Part shown: piece after piece, positions 11,765 through 23,415 of the stretch
How positions within the stretch are numbered: the first letter of the stretch is position 1
Layout: every line of letters starts with the position of its first letter
Assembly (NCBI GenBank): GCA_023515725.1
Contig: JALDTO010000044.1
Coordinates: 1-23,415, forward strand
DNA length: 23,415 nucleotides
Source of the DNA: Amoeboaphelidium protococcarum X5
Taxonomy: Eukaryota > Fungi > Aphelidiomycota
Reading direction: 5' to 3'
Translations under genes and position numbers: made by a program
The notes under the pieces: model-generated
What the model was told of the DNA's origin: nothing
Databases searched by the model: none
Seen by the model: the letters and a program-made list of their open reading frames with translations, nothing else

Positions 11765-12931
11765 TCAGTTCAACTCCTTCTTCAGGGTACCCATAAATGC
11801 CTTCTTCTCCTCCACAGTCTGGAAACGACCGTGACCAAACTTGGAGCTGGTATCGATAAACTTCAACTGCACATCCTCCAGAGCAGAACGGCTGGAGTGA
11901 GTCAGCAAAGACTTACGCAGAGTCATAATACGCTTCTTGACACCGACACAGCCACCCTTGATCATCAGCCAGTCGTTTCTGACAACACCATAGTGCACGA
12001 AACCACCCATAGGAGTGATAGCCTTCTGAGTCAGATCGTACTCAGTGGAAGCATTAGCCTTGTCATCGCCCTTACCGATACGGTAAATCTTCTTATTCAT
12101 CTCAGTACGGTGATGATAACCGTCCTGACCAGCACGTGGAACAGAGTACATGACTCTACTTGGATGCCAAGCACCGATACAAGCAATCTTTCTCAGACCA
12201 CGATGAGTCTTACGAGGCAGCTTCTTGGCACCCCAACGGTGGATAACACCCTCATAACCTCTACCCTTGGTGACACCGATAACATCAATCAGCTCGTTCT
12301 ACTCGAAAACGGTGGATACTGGCACCTCCTTCTCAAAATGCTTGAAAGCGTAGTCAACCTTGTCAGCGATGCTTCCACCATTCAGCTGCACCTCCATAAC
12401 GTGAGCCTTCTTCTGGCCCAGACGCAACTTGCTGATCTGAGTGTGAGCAATGACACGGATAACGGTGCAGTACTTCTTCATACGCTCCAGTTCGCGGGTG
12501 ATGTTCTTCTTTTCATCAGCATACTTCTTGGCGTACTTGGTGAATGCCTTCTACTTGCTAGCGTACCAGTTCTTGTAGAAGCGGCGTCTAACCTCCTCGC
12601 TCAAGTGCTCACTCCACACGGTGGTGAGGGAGCGCAGACCTCTAGGAGTCTCGACGTAACCAACGACACCAACCACGACCAATGGAGGAGTCTCAATCAC
12701 AGTGACAGCCTCAACAACCTCCTTCTTGTGCATCTTGGATCCAGGACGGTCCAGATCACGCACCACATGGGTCATACCAGCCTTGTATCCCATGAATGCA
12801 GTCATATGCACAGGCTTGCTTGGGTCATCCTTAGGGAAGGACTTGACTTTACCTCTATGACGACGAGCTCTCTTTCTAGGCAAGAAACCCAAAGAACCGT
12901 GTCTTGGATGTTCGTATTTACGGTGTGACAT
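11765..12931 (-). CDS. RPL3: 60S ribosomal protein L3 (uL3), 388 aa, intronless
   Basis: [22 protein letters not shown]...[20 protein letters not shown]...[16 protein letters not shown]. Two in-frame TAG at 12551-12553 and 12299-12301; the latter is the Q of VFEQNE, as in yeast. Confidence 0.98.
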
Positions 12932-13050
12932 TACGCGATATTAAGTAGTCTATATAAAATCGATCGATAATTGAATAAAGAGATGGAAAATACGAGCTTG
13001 GTAAGGGACGCGTCTTTACAGATTTAAAATGAGAATTTTCAACGAATCAA

Positions 13051-14112
13051 TCAACCTTAGCTTCGGTTGAAAATCAAAACATCGGCATAAGGCTTTGAGG
13101 ATTAGCGACGAGAAACCGTTTCAGGAGGAAGACGGTCCATGATCACATCAGCTTCCTATTGCAGATCCTTGCTGAGATGTAACTCTTATATTGCCACAGG
13201 CTTAGAGGGATCGAATAGAGAGAATATTCTGCGCGTATAGTTTATCAAGTAATCGTCAATAACGAGTTTCAGTCCTTGTTTAGAATGTATGATAGTTGAT
13301 AGCAGATTGTATCCGTCATTTATAGTTTACACTTCAGCTGCTGTATAAGGTGTAACTTTAAACACATTCTATAGATGTAAATACGTCAAACATTTGGACT
13401 ATAATACCACCCGGAACGCGTTGAAGAAATGATGAGGAGATTTAGATCCACCAGACCACGAGTATCGCAATCCCAAGTATCGTAAATTTGTTGCAGTCAG
13501 CAATGGCCGTATATCTTCCAAAGCCTTGCTATCATCACATTCAAAATGGGTCAACTAGCTCAGATTCAGAGAGAATAGTAATTTTGAAATATATTCTCCG
13601 TAATTTTTCCAATGCGCAGATTAAAGACTAAGCGATTACAGATGTTGAGACAATTGCGATATCATAGCTTTCTTCTTAATCAGCTTATCTACATTCTTAC
13701 CCAGTTCCAAGTTGATACTTATAGGCTGTAATTGGGCGATAAGAGAAAGCCGCTCTAGAGGTTCTGACACGACAATGACGGCTAATTTTTCAATCAAGAT
13801 TTTAGATGATACAATGCACCTACAGTCAATAGATCACTAATTAAAAACTATTCGAATAAAATCTCACCTTAGCAGAGGTAATTATTTAATATCGAATATT
13901 CTATACTTGACGAGTCCTTTTGAGAAATCATCATTAACCTGTTCATACTAGACACACTCCAAGACTTGATCCGAAATTTCATATTGATAGCAAATCGGAA
14001 CTGTTGATAAACTACAAAGTTATAGGACCTTTGGATTAGAATCAGCTGGAATACAAGCACGAAAATCTACTTTTGATATCTATGAAAATTTCGCGATATT
14101 ACCAGAATGCAT
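13051..14112 (-). CDS. Hypothetical protein with divergent leucine-rich-repeat-like motifs, about 337 aa; intron 13820-13867
   Basis: Long code-6 frame interrupted only by a TGA inside a 48-nt GTGAGA...TTGACTGTAG intron. LxxLxL-type motifs: LQSLSLQ, LTHFEC, LRYLGLR, LTYLHLQN, IQELHLS. Start codon uncertain. Confidence 0.65.
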
Positions 14113-14274
14113 CGAGCCACTAGCGATAGCATTCAAAAAGACTTTTATCCGTACTATTTGAGGTGTTATTTCAAAATTTTTAAGCGTACTGTCGTAAAGA
14201 CACAACAAACACTCAAGAGTGGTAAGAGCAATACAACACTACAATAGCACACCAAAGTAAAAGTAACACAAACT

Positions 14275-16124
14275 TCAATTTTATTATTACATTCTTATAT
14301 CAAATATGCAAGCAGTATTACCAGCAAATGTAGCAGCGACAAAGTTACCATCCGGCGAAAAGTTACAATCGAATATCCCACTCTGACCCTTGTAGTGTCT
14401 CACCACTGTGCCGTCTCGCGCACTCCACACAATGACACGGCCATCATAGCCACCGCTGGCAATAAGTCGACCATCCGGCGAGTATGAAAGAGTATACACA
14501 GATTACTTATGCTTGGCCAGATTATGGATACATTGACCAGTTTCAGCCGACCAGATCTTGACTGTATGATCAAATGAAGCAGTGGCGAGCTAGTCATTTG
14601 CAGTTGGCGACCACTCTATACTATAAATCTCCTTTTAGTGTCCATTCAACGACTATACCGGAGTATTTTATGATAGACTCCAAATCTTGACCGTGGCATC
14701 GTCACTGCAAGAGGCAAGCAGATCCTTCTGATTATTCCACTATATTTCATTAATCTCTTTCTAGTGACTATTAAGCACTTGAACATCTCCAGAGCTTAAC
14801 CTCTCAATCCTGATGGTTTTATCTGTTGAGCAAGAGGCAAACATATCAGAATCTCGCCAGTCAATCTCAAGTACAGGAGCAGAGTGTCCATCAAACTTCT
14901 TCAATAATTTACCAGATGAGGCATTCCACGCACAAACGACAGAATCAAATCCTCCTGTAAGAAGAGTCTGACCGTCAAGACTCCACTTGACACTGAATAT
15001 CGGGCCATTATGAACCTGTGTTAACTTTCTCTGCAACTGACCGTCTACAGACCAGAATCTGACGGTTCCGTTATAATTTCCAGTTGCCAGTGTATCACCT
15101 GAAGGATTCCAATTAAGACTAGTGACATCTTTTTAAACATTTGATGAACCACCATCCTCCAAATGGTCCAAGACTGTACATTCAGATTAGAACGACGAAG
15201 AATCCCTGATGGAAGAGCCAACTGGAACTGTCCATAATCTAGTCGATGCATCAGCAGACGCAGTAGCAAGAATAGGTTTATGAGGATTCCATTAACATTT
15301 GAACACTTCAGACTGATGGCCCTCCAATAAGAGAACTTCTGATTACGGAACAGCGGCAGTAAATTTCTTATGCATAACCGGGGTGGACGATGCCGTAGGA
15401 ATGTCAGCCGTAGAGACACCTGGAGTTGAATCCTCAACCTCCATATCGTCATTATCTCGCTTCCGGAGTTTACTGTTATTATCTCCGGTGTTTGATGTAG
15501 AACCACCATGATAGCCATTGTATTCTTGCTATTAGCCATCAACAATTGACTATTATTCATGCTACTACTATTGCGATGACCAATCTTCAGCCGCCTACTA
15601 TTATTAACCAATACCATAAGAACCTCGATCTCCATACGTACCAGGACCGGATATATAAGTACTTATATTCTGAATAGACCGCTCCCTATCCCTTCGCTTG
15701 TTATAATTACCAGAATTTCGTCGTTCGCATTCATGCGCCTAGAGAAGAGTAAACGGCCGGTCACATTATCTTTCACTTCCATCCTACAAATACATATAAA
15801 CAATGTAAAATTAAAATAACCAGATTACATATATGTGACCACAGAATAGAGAGAATACGTACCTCATTAAGATGAGCTTCCGCCTCTGAGAAAAGCAGGC
15901 CTTTCTAAAGGAGGAGAAGAAGAGCACCAGTATCCACCTTGACATTTTTCATTTCACTCTTCTGTATAAGAGACTCATTGCTGAATGTATACGCTGAATG
16001 ATTAAATCCTACATACTAAATACATTTTAATTCTATATGACTACATTAAAACGGGAATTAGCTTACCAGACTCGAGGAGGTACCGGTAAATCAACAGATT
16101 CACCTGGTCACTTGTAATAGACAT
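14275..16124 (-). CDS. TBL1: LisH + WD40 protein TBL1/TBL1XR1/Sif2 homolog, 570 aa; introns 16009-16066 and 15784-15862
   Basis: N-terminal LisH [47 protein letters not shown]; WD40 repeats (LEGHQSEVFKC, HNGPIFSVKW, LASCSDDATVKIW, ASFDHTVKIW). Exon phases are consistent and the CDS ends at TGA14275-14277. Confidence 0.93.
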
Positions 16125-16688
16125 GACGGAATCACAAAGACTAAGAGTCTTGTCAGTAAATGAATTATAATAAATCTAATGTAATTCAAATAACTATATA
16201 GACAAAAGAGTCCAATAACTATAGCAGAACCGCAAATTGCTACAAAGTTTGTCTGTTCAAATTCTTCTTTGTTGTTGAGAATTGAGTTTAAGAGAAAGAA
16301 AGAAACGGGGTCGGTGGCGGCGGCGCGCGAAAAGAATTTTTAAGGCGATCAAACACTTTCTCTCATTTCACTCTCTCCATATCAATCTCTGTGCTGAAGT
16401 AGCATGGCGGAATGACGATACGATGGAAAAAAGAAAAGAGTAACGAACGAACGAGCGAGTGTGAGAGCACATACGGTGAGAGTGTTCGGTCAATGGAAAA
16501 GAGGCTAGCGATGACGTAAACAATAAGGCGAGGCGAAACGTTCCATCAAGATTGAGAACTACAATCTAAAAGAGTTACCGCGTGTAATTATAGCACATCT
16601 TGTTAGCTCTTTCATTCTTAAAAGCTTGTAATATAAAGTCATTTTCTAAGCAAGAGAATACCCTTAGGATTTAACAAACGGATGTTAT

Positions 16689-17075
16689 TCAAAGCTTATC
16701 ATATTATTCTTCGAGAACTTCAATATCGGTAGGCTCACGTTGTAGAGGATATCCGGAGTGTTTGCCAGAATTCCAAATACCGTCATACAATCTTCTATCC
16801 TTCTTGTATCCCAGTAATTCATCCTTTGTGTGCTTGTACTCCTCCATCAAGTATCTGCAATTCTATCTATATGAATGAACTCCATGGAAGAGGAAACACT
16901 TTTGCAATTTCTCTTCAATCATCCTCTTGTGTGCCAATTTAACCTCACGTTCTCTGCGAATATGATTCATCTATGCCAACATTACTGCAGGATCAGAGGT
17001 CTGCTCACCACCATTCTACTATGGCTTTTCATAACGAACATGATTTTATGGATCATACCAAGTGTCCACCGTCAT
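16689..17075 (-). CDS. NDUFB10: Complex I accessory subunit NDUFB10-like, 128 aa
   Basis: IRREREVKLAHKRMIEEKLQKCFLFHGVHSYRQNCRYLMEEY resembles the fungal/plant NDUFB10 pattern RE..V.....R...E.L.KCY..EGVNH...C..L.E.Y. Absent from the ORF track because of TAR codons. Confidence 0.7.
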
Positions 17076-17243
17076 ACTGACTATTAAACCCAACAATAAC
17101 AGCTATCTTATTTATCGTTACTTTACAGATTGGAGAGAAAGAAAAAAATTCGTCAACGAAAGAACGAATTGTCTTTTCTTTAATAGCTGCGAAACTCACA
17201 AAGCGCGATAGATAAATAAAACGCGCCTTCTGATAAAACTACT

Positions 17244-17684
17244 ATGAGTAAGATTACTGGTAGAATATAGAATATCGTTAATGAAGTGAGTGTAAAAAGG
17301 TTGAGCAACTCGGCGAAAAGCACACCTGATTTGCGCGAAGCTATCTGGGGGATTCCGAGGCAATTAACATCAGAATGGGCTCAGTAATCATAGCACAGAA
17401 CTGCGCATCAATACATTGCACACAAGATGATAAGAAGCCCAATGTGGTTATCTCACTGGAGTGTGCCTGAGATTTGGGACTGGCCGCGAGATGATAATAA
17501 TTTAAAGAATCTTGACGCGGCCGCCTAGTAGATCTCCAGTGGTCAAGTGATGGAGTGGACTAACGTGAAGAAGCTGTCTATAGAATAGAGACTGTTGGCA
17601 CTTGCCAAGAGAGGCAAAGGTCCGATTGTGAAGAAGTAGCAAGCCGCGTCTGGTGCTGCCACAGGTAAAAAGAAGAGACGATGA
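17244..17684 (+). CDS. MRPS33: Mitochondrial ribosomal protein mS33 (Rsm27/MRPS33)-like, 146 aa
   Basis: AIWG...HRTAHQYI...EQRLLALAKRGKGPIVKK...GKKKRR-TGA. The RGKG.P.KK basic tail is characteristic of mS33. Confidence 0.65.
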
Positions 17685-17813
17685 TTAGCTTTACTTAATA
17701 ATACAATTCATTAGATTGTTGTGCGTTTTTAAACAAAACTCTTTTCGATTCTCAGGATAATCTTTTTCGCTTTGATTACAAAGTTTTTACACCAAAGAAG
17801 ATTGACGCGCAGC

Positions 17814-18325
17814 ATGAGTGAGGAGACTGCTTAGATGCAGACTTAGCTGTAGTTATATGCACAGGAAATGCAGAAAATTTAAATTGGTAATTCTATAATA
17901 ATATGCATTTAGTATTATAATCTCGTCTATAATTGAGTATAAGTAGAGTTTTAGAAGGCTGTCGGCACCAGAGAACAATTGGATTTACAACTGAAAGAGA
18001 ATGAAATGGTCTAGAGTGTAAGTCTTTACACGTACAAAGTTAATTTATGCATGGAATCTTATTGTAGGAATTATAATACCTCAAAACCGATAATAAAGTC
18101 TTTAAGTAGAACGGACCTGCATTGATACCTACAAGTATTGACGAAGCAAAGTCCAATGTGTAAAAGAGAATTGATTACATTACGGGTGAGTTACAACGCG
18201 TCGAGAACATGATCTCTTAGTTTGAGACTAAATAGGATCAATTGAGACAGAGTGTGATTGCATTAAGGACTAAGCTTGTTAGTTTGCTGCCTCCTCCATA
18301 GTAATAGCAATTGTCAGCTCAATGA
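17814..18325 (+). CDS. PFDN6: Prefoldin subunit 6 (Yke2/Gim1); introns 17887-17946 and 18018-18067
   Basis: REQLDLQLKENEMVQS joined to ELQYLKTDNKVFKQNGPALI...EAKSNVQKRIDYITGELQRVE. Two GT-AG introns with consistent phase. Confidence 0.88.
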
Positions 18326-18419
18326 AAATATATATTTGGTCTGATTTGTTTACTCTTTTTCTCCGCTTTGATTCCCATCTTAATTATTTATTTAGGCGTA
18401 CTCCTATTTTACAGTTACC

Positions 18420-19207
18420 ATGTCTATGCTATCGTAAGTTGTAAGAGGCTCCAGTTCTGTAAGTTCATTGCGAAAGAGTAACAACCAAGGCTCATAGACC
18501 ATTCTTGACTTGCCTCTGAACAAGAATAAGAATGCTGAAGTATCACTAGGTGCAATGACTTTTCTACTCAGCGAAATTGTCCAATACTCGCAGAAGCGCA
18601 TATCTGGCGTGCCCGAGTTGGAGAGACGGTATGAAAGTTCCTTGAATATATATATATATATATATATATCTCAATTATTTTAATATTTATCTTTACATTA
18701 GTATGTAGATTGGGTGAGATTGGATTTAGAGTTGGTTAAAAGTACTCGGAACTGCTCTTCTATCGTGAACGCAATGGGAAACGGGAGACGAAACATCTGT
18801 AGATGCTCCTGCTTGTTCATACTCAAATGTGGAAATTGCTCTTTGGAAAGCCCGCCGACTCGCTCGAACGTGGAGCTGATGCCGAAGATGAGTACATGAT
18901 CAGCGATAATGACCTGTCAGTTACGCGTTTCATCAGCGTGCCTAAAGATTACGGCAGTCTGTGCTGTGGTGCGTTTGTTGCTGGTATTGTTGAAGCTGTA
19001 CTATATGGAGCCAACTTTGTAAGCTTTATCTCTCTTTATTACTTTTGTTGATATTAATTTAAAATCACGCTGTGAGGTTATGCTGTTTATGAGTGTGTGT
19101 AGAAGGCTAAAGTTACTGCTCATAATACTGCGACTAAAGAGTGCCCGTCCAAAGTCACATTCTTGATCAAGTTTGAATCTGGCGTGTTGGGACGTGAAGT
19201 TAAATGA
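18420..19207 (+). CDS. TRAPPC5: TRAPP complex subunit 5 (Trs31); introns 18629-18708 and 19019-19102
   Basis: ILDLPL...EVSLGAMTFLLSEIVQYSQ...ELERRLGEIGFRVG...KRETK...WKLLFGKPADSLER...FISVPKDYGSLCCGAFVAGIVEAVL...F joined to KAKVTAH...TFLIKF. Confidence 0.93.
18646..18669. repeat. (AT)12 microsatellite inside TRAPPC5 intron 1
   Basis: Direct reading of the sequence. Confidence 0.9.
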
Positions 19208-19331
19208 TCATTATGTTGATTAAATAATATATTTTTGAAATTTAAAAACTATAAATGTAATATGATACTGTATAATGACTGAATATAATAAACTTACAAT
19301 CTTACAGACAAAGAGCCTATATAATAACGTC

Positions 19332-22076
19332 TCATGCAGAGTAATCACGAGTGTGAGTTTACTAAATGTTTCTGCTGCGTAGTTAAAGTTTAGGAGAGCA
19401 TCTTGGAGACGGCCTTGGAGTGTTGAGATTCGGCATTATACACCTGATTGCATCATCCAGTGGCAAGTGATCCGTCAACCAATACCTCGGCTATACTGCC
19501 AAAGCGTGAAGTTCATCCATCTGCGTATCAATCAGTCCGGGATCATGTGCGCCGGGGCTGACACCAATTCTCAACGAATATTCATTTAGATCATTCTCCG
19601 ACATGAAATCATTACCACCACAACCGCCACCATTATCCGCGGAACTTACAGAACTGGATCCAGAACTACTACCGAGCACGTCTTTACGCTCATACAGCTC
19701 AAAAGTGATTTGAGTCAAGTAATCCAATTCGATAACTTCAGCACTGTTCGGTGACAGACACTACCGGATAACATTGTACAGAGTGTGAACGTGACTCTCC
19801 TTGGTGAAGTAGAATTTAGTACAAGCTTTATGTCCAGCAGCTATAGCTTGTAAATCAGCCACCAATTGCTTCAACAGGACAAAAGATGTGAGCACACCAA
19901 TCTCCAGTTTTTCATTAAATGTTATACCATACTCACAGGGAGCGATGAGATCGAACAAGAGTTTTGCATGATGATACATCTTTCTAAGTGGCTCGCGTTT
20001 ATCCGGTACATCTTCGTTCTCATCCACGAATACATAATCTATAAAATCTCTATTGTGTAAAGCATCATACTTCATCGAATCATACAGCTCAGGAACTTTG
20101 GACGGATCAAAAAGAGATTTAGAACTATCACACAAATCTCTGAATAAACGATCCCATCTCTCTTTAAATATAGTTGGACTCTCATTGCAACACCATTTGG
20201 ATTGAGCCTGATTAACAGCGGGATCCTCAAACTTTTTCTTCATCACATCTCTTCTAGAGAGCAGGAGTCCGATCAATTCTCGGGCAAACGCCGGAGGGTC
20301 CTCCATACCTTCAGGCAGGGTCATGCTGTCTGGAAACTGCATATCGTTCATATAGCCAGCATTAAGTAGTTTATACAATTTCGTCTTTACAACCTCCATC
20401 TACTCTTTGGCATCAAAACTATCGTCAAGCATATCTTTGCGGACGGTGACAATGGACGTGGAATCAAACGTATCATCATTCATAAAAGCCTTTAAGAAAA
20501 CGTCCGTTGTGGCCAGAACTCTTCGCTCAGAACTTGCATATACTTGAACATCACTAAGCAGGTCCTTGTTCACCAGCATCAGATCTTTACGCAAATTCTC
20601 TCCCAAATCTTTACTATGATGGGCACCAGCATGTGTAAACTCTCCGCCCCACTTGACAATGATCTGCAACTTCTCCAAGAGACCATCCTCCTTGGAGAAG
20701 AATGGCTTAATCTAAACTTTGGTTCCAGCCAGTAACATCTTATTCTCCAGTACGGCCGCCAGTTGATCCATCTTCTCGCGATCTTCCAGATTCTCATCTC
20801 TAGCCTGTATGGCCGCATCGATGACTGTCTGCAACTCCTCGGGCTTTTTCAGCAAAATCTCAACAGTGCTAGTACCCAATAGATTAGCAAATGGCTGTGA
20901 AGCAGTATAGAATTTCAACTTTTACTTTGGTGTTCGATCAGCATGTCTCATCACAGACAGGTATCCTTTGAGAGTCCACTAATTCTCGAAAGATGCATCC
21001 TTCTTATTAAATCTATATCTACGTCTATTCGACAGGCACCACTGCAGGATATTCTGCGCGCATACATTGTAATAAATTTCATTGCCCTTCACAAATGACC
21101 ATCCATTGACGTCAATTACGTAACTCTTGCCATTCACACGCAACAGATCCAAGCCACATATACGCTGCTTAAAATACATAGATACGTTGCGAGCTATAGT
21201 CTACTCCTCCTTTGTCAATTGTGTAACGTAGCGCATCTCCTTACCATCTGGATTCCGCCTGACAATTCCATCCACTACAGGACTTTTGCGCGTCTCTGCG
21301 TGGGCATAGTCAGGACCGATTGTGTACACCTTCACATCCTCAGCATTGTCCACATCCATAAATTACTCGTAGATATAACTACCATCACGCCTCAATGGAA
21401 TATCTTCTGCAAAGAATGCACTAGACTTGTTGGCAACTTTGCGAAATAGCTTCCTCACACCACCACCGGTAGAAGAGTGATAGTATATCCACACATTATG
21501 ATCTTCCCCATTTATCGGCTTCTCGACAAAGGGCTTCACCATTCGCTGACCATTCACTTCGATGGTGTCTCTGTCAATCTCCACAACGTCTGTGCCTTCA
21601 ATCTACTTGTTATGCTTCAGTACCAAACGCGAGTCTCTGATACTCTGCAACACGTCCGCTGGCATCTTGGCACCACCATCACGACTGACCACCAGTCTCG
21701 GAGGGGTAGGAGATCCAATACAATCTAGGAGCATGAGAACGATGCGCCTGTCGAAGATCAACTTTTGCATTACAAGATCATTTATGCAGAACGGTCGATA
21801 CTTTTGCACATAGTCGATAGCCTTCTGTAGCGGAAATCCAGTACTATAGAATGAAATTAAAAAGTCACAACTCGGCCAAGACTCTATAGCTTCATCCAGC
21901 AGCACTTTATCTCCAAATATAACAGTCTCAAGTTCAAAGTTAGTATTGGACTTTTAGTTGCTCTCATTGCATTACAATACTCTCTGCAGAATATTTCGCA
22001 TAGGTTTAGAGCGAGCTTTCTAGTCCATAGCTGCAATGCCCAGAATGTATTTTTTCCTCTACTGCTACTATGACAT
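19332..22076 (-). CDS. VIP1: Inositol hexakisphosphate/diphosphoinositol-pentakisphosphate kinase (Vip1/Asp1/PPIP5K), 914 aa, intronless
   Basis: [80 protein letters not shown]; phosphatase domain [10 protein letters not shown] (Q=TAA), [17 protein letters not shown]. The matching ORF-track fragments all share one frame. Confidence 0.96.
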
Positions 22077-22375
22077 GACTATTATTTAAGAGTGATATAT
22101 GCTTCAGTAAATTGATGGTTTCTATCTACAGTATTTCAGTGACGACAAACGGAGAAAGGAAAACAGTAGTGAGCGCCTTTATATTCTCACGCGCCTGAAA
22201 GTAATAGTTTAAAGGTTCAGACATTCTCTGGAGTTCATCGTATGTATTGTTAAGCATTATCAAGATAGCCATGCCATTATTATCTGAGGCACAAAATGAT
22301 ATCCGAAACCAAGAACCTTGGAATACGTATCTTTTGGAATATAATGTATCTAGAGCCGCACATTCTATGTCTTTG

Positions 22376-22447
22376 GGGGACTTGGTACAGTGGTAGCACG
22401 TTTCATTTGCATTGAAAAGGTCACTGGTTCGATTCCGGTAGTCTCCA
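22376..22447 (+). tRNA. tRNA-Ala (anticodon TGC)
   Basis: Acceptor stem GGGGACT/AGTCTCC with the G3:U70 alanine determinant and discriminator A. D arm TGGTACAGTGGTAGCAC; anticodon stem TTTCA/TGAAA with loop TTTGCAT; T arm ACTGG-TTCGATT-CCGGT. Confidence 0.95.
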
Positions 22448-22448
22448 G

Positions 22449-22454
22449 TTTTTT
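22449..22454 (+). terminator. RNA polymerase III terminator (T6)
   Basis: TTTTTT run beginning 2 nt after the tRNA discriminator base. Confidence 0.8.
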
Positions 22455-22819
22455 ATTAATTGCTCTATTGAAGTAGTCTTATCCCTTTTTGGTTCTATGG
22501 CGCGTCTTAGATAAATATTGAGATTGATACAGTTTTTAGATGGGGGTTCTGAAATGAAACGCAGACTGATATCTGCCGGTACTTGCACGACTAATGATAT
22601 ATCATGGTACATTCCATCGAAGTGTGTACCAGTTAACGCATCTCATTTCGATAAATGGTGGAACTTTAAATTGATTATAAAACAGTTGCTGTGAGACATA
22701 AATGTTTAATCAGTTGTGATCAAGATTACTGACGAAATGATTTTAGGTTCTCAACCAAATACTGTAATATCTCGTCTTCATTCATTTAACAATCCTTATT
22801 GTTCAATACAATTCCATCA

Positions 22820-23380
22820 AGCATTCTTATTTAAGGCCCGCTTAATGGTGGTGTATCTGGATGACTTTCTACCAAAATCCAAATGCCACTTCTACATTCG
22901 GATCTGTGTACGTTCAATCTGCTTACACCACTAATCATTGATCACCTCTATGTTTCTTGATTGGACTTACCCAAGATTAGCTGTCACATTTTCTCTTGAG
23001 ATTTTTGATTGATTGTTCCTCGGACTGCTCTAATCTGCGCTTTGTGGCTTGTATGCGTTTCATGCAAGCAATATAGAAGCTGACAGGCAGAGGCTTATCA
23101 CTGATATTGATATTCAATATGCAAAATCACAACCCATTCTACATGAAGTCTTACTCCTCTATGATTTTGGTGGACTAAAATCCATCTTCTTCTCAACTAG
23201 AGGACTTGAACTTGTTACAATTTCTTGCTCATCTAGAAAATCATCTTTTGCTAATGTCAAATCGATCGATTCCGTTTCAGACTCCGAATCGATGACAATC
23301 ACATTTGGATCAATTTAGTACTCGGGATCAAATCCAACAGCAAGTATTGTTCATCTTTAAATCTCTTTTAGTTGTCATTC
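22820..23380 (-). pseudogene. Possible disrupted or unresolved coding fragment (acidic, low complexity)
   Basis: Protein-like stretch AVGFDPEYQIDPNVIVIDSESETESIDLTLAKDDFLDEQEIVTSSSPLVEKK. Reaching the upstream ATGs needs a 1-nt shift near 23341, and TGAs interrupt the frame near 23115 and 23060. An intron starting GTAAGA at ~23154 may explain part of this. Confidence 0.3.
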
Positions 23381-23415
23381 TTGGCGACTTTATACTATGT
23401 ATATTTAGCTTTAAA

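Noticed and set aside
11831-12928. 365-aa + strand ORF
   Set aside because: Antisense shadow of RPL3 in the same codon register. It stays open because RPL3 avoids TTA/CTA/TCA codons.
15045-15635. 196-aa minus-strand ORF
   Set aside because: Alternative frame inside TBL1 exon 3; the true frame is the TAR-rich one carrying the WD40 repeats.
15653-15668. 16-bp perfect palindrome ATATAAGTACTTATAT
   Set aside because: Single AT-rich instance inside TBL1 coding sequence; likely chance.
16411-16554. 47-codon + ORF or snoRNA candidate in the TBL1-NDUFB10 spacer
   Set aside because: Purine-rich promoter-like sequence with no convincing C/D boxes or homology.
22376-22447. Possibility that the tRNA is a TAR-decoding Gln tRNA or tRNA-Cys
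   Set aside because: The 7-nt loop places TGC at positions 34-36 and G3:U70 is present, so it is an ordinary tRNA-Ala.

Overview
Gene-dense eukaryotic nuclear DNA that uses a non-standard genetic code. TAA and TAG are read as Gln and TGA is the only stop (ciliate-type, translation table 6), which is why the supplied ORF track is fragmented. Re-translated by hand, the window holds about 16 protein genes: a histidine phosphatase, CutA, RFC1, a divergent IFT57-like protein, an SLX1-like GIY-YIG protein lacking both catalytic residues, RPT3, a MAPEG/MGST3 protein, RPL3, an LRR-like protein, TBL1/Sif2, NDUFB10-like, mS33-like, prefoldin 6, TRAPPC5, VIP1/PPIP5K and an unexplained repeat ORF. It also holds a tRNA-Ala(TGC). 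Introns are short (48-84 nt) GT-AG. Fungal-like proteins, this code and an IFT gene together point to an aphelid such as Amoeboaphelidium protococcarum (inference, not verified). The most unusual items are the recoding itself, the apparent GIY-YIG pseudo-nuclease, and a ~1.45-kb island bounded by direct repeats and carrying 174-198-bp in-frame tandem repeats. All homology calls come from recalled motifs; no searches were run.
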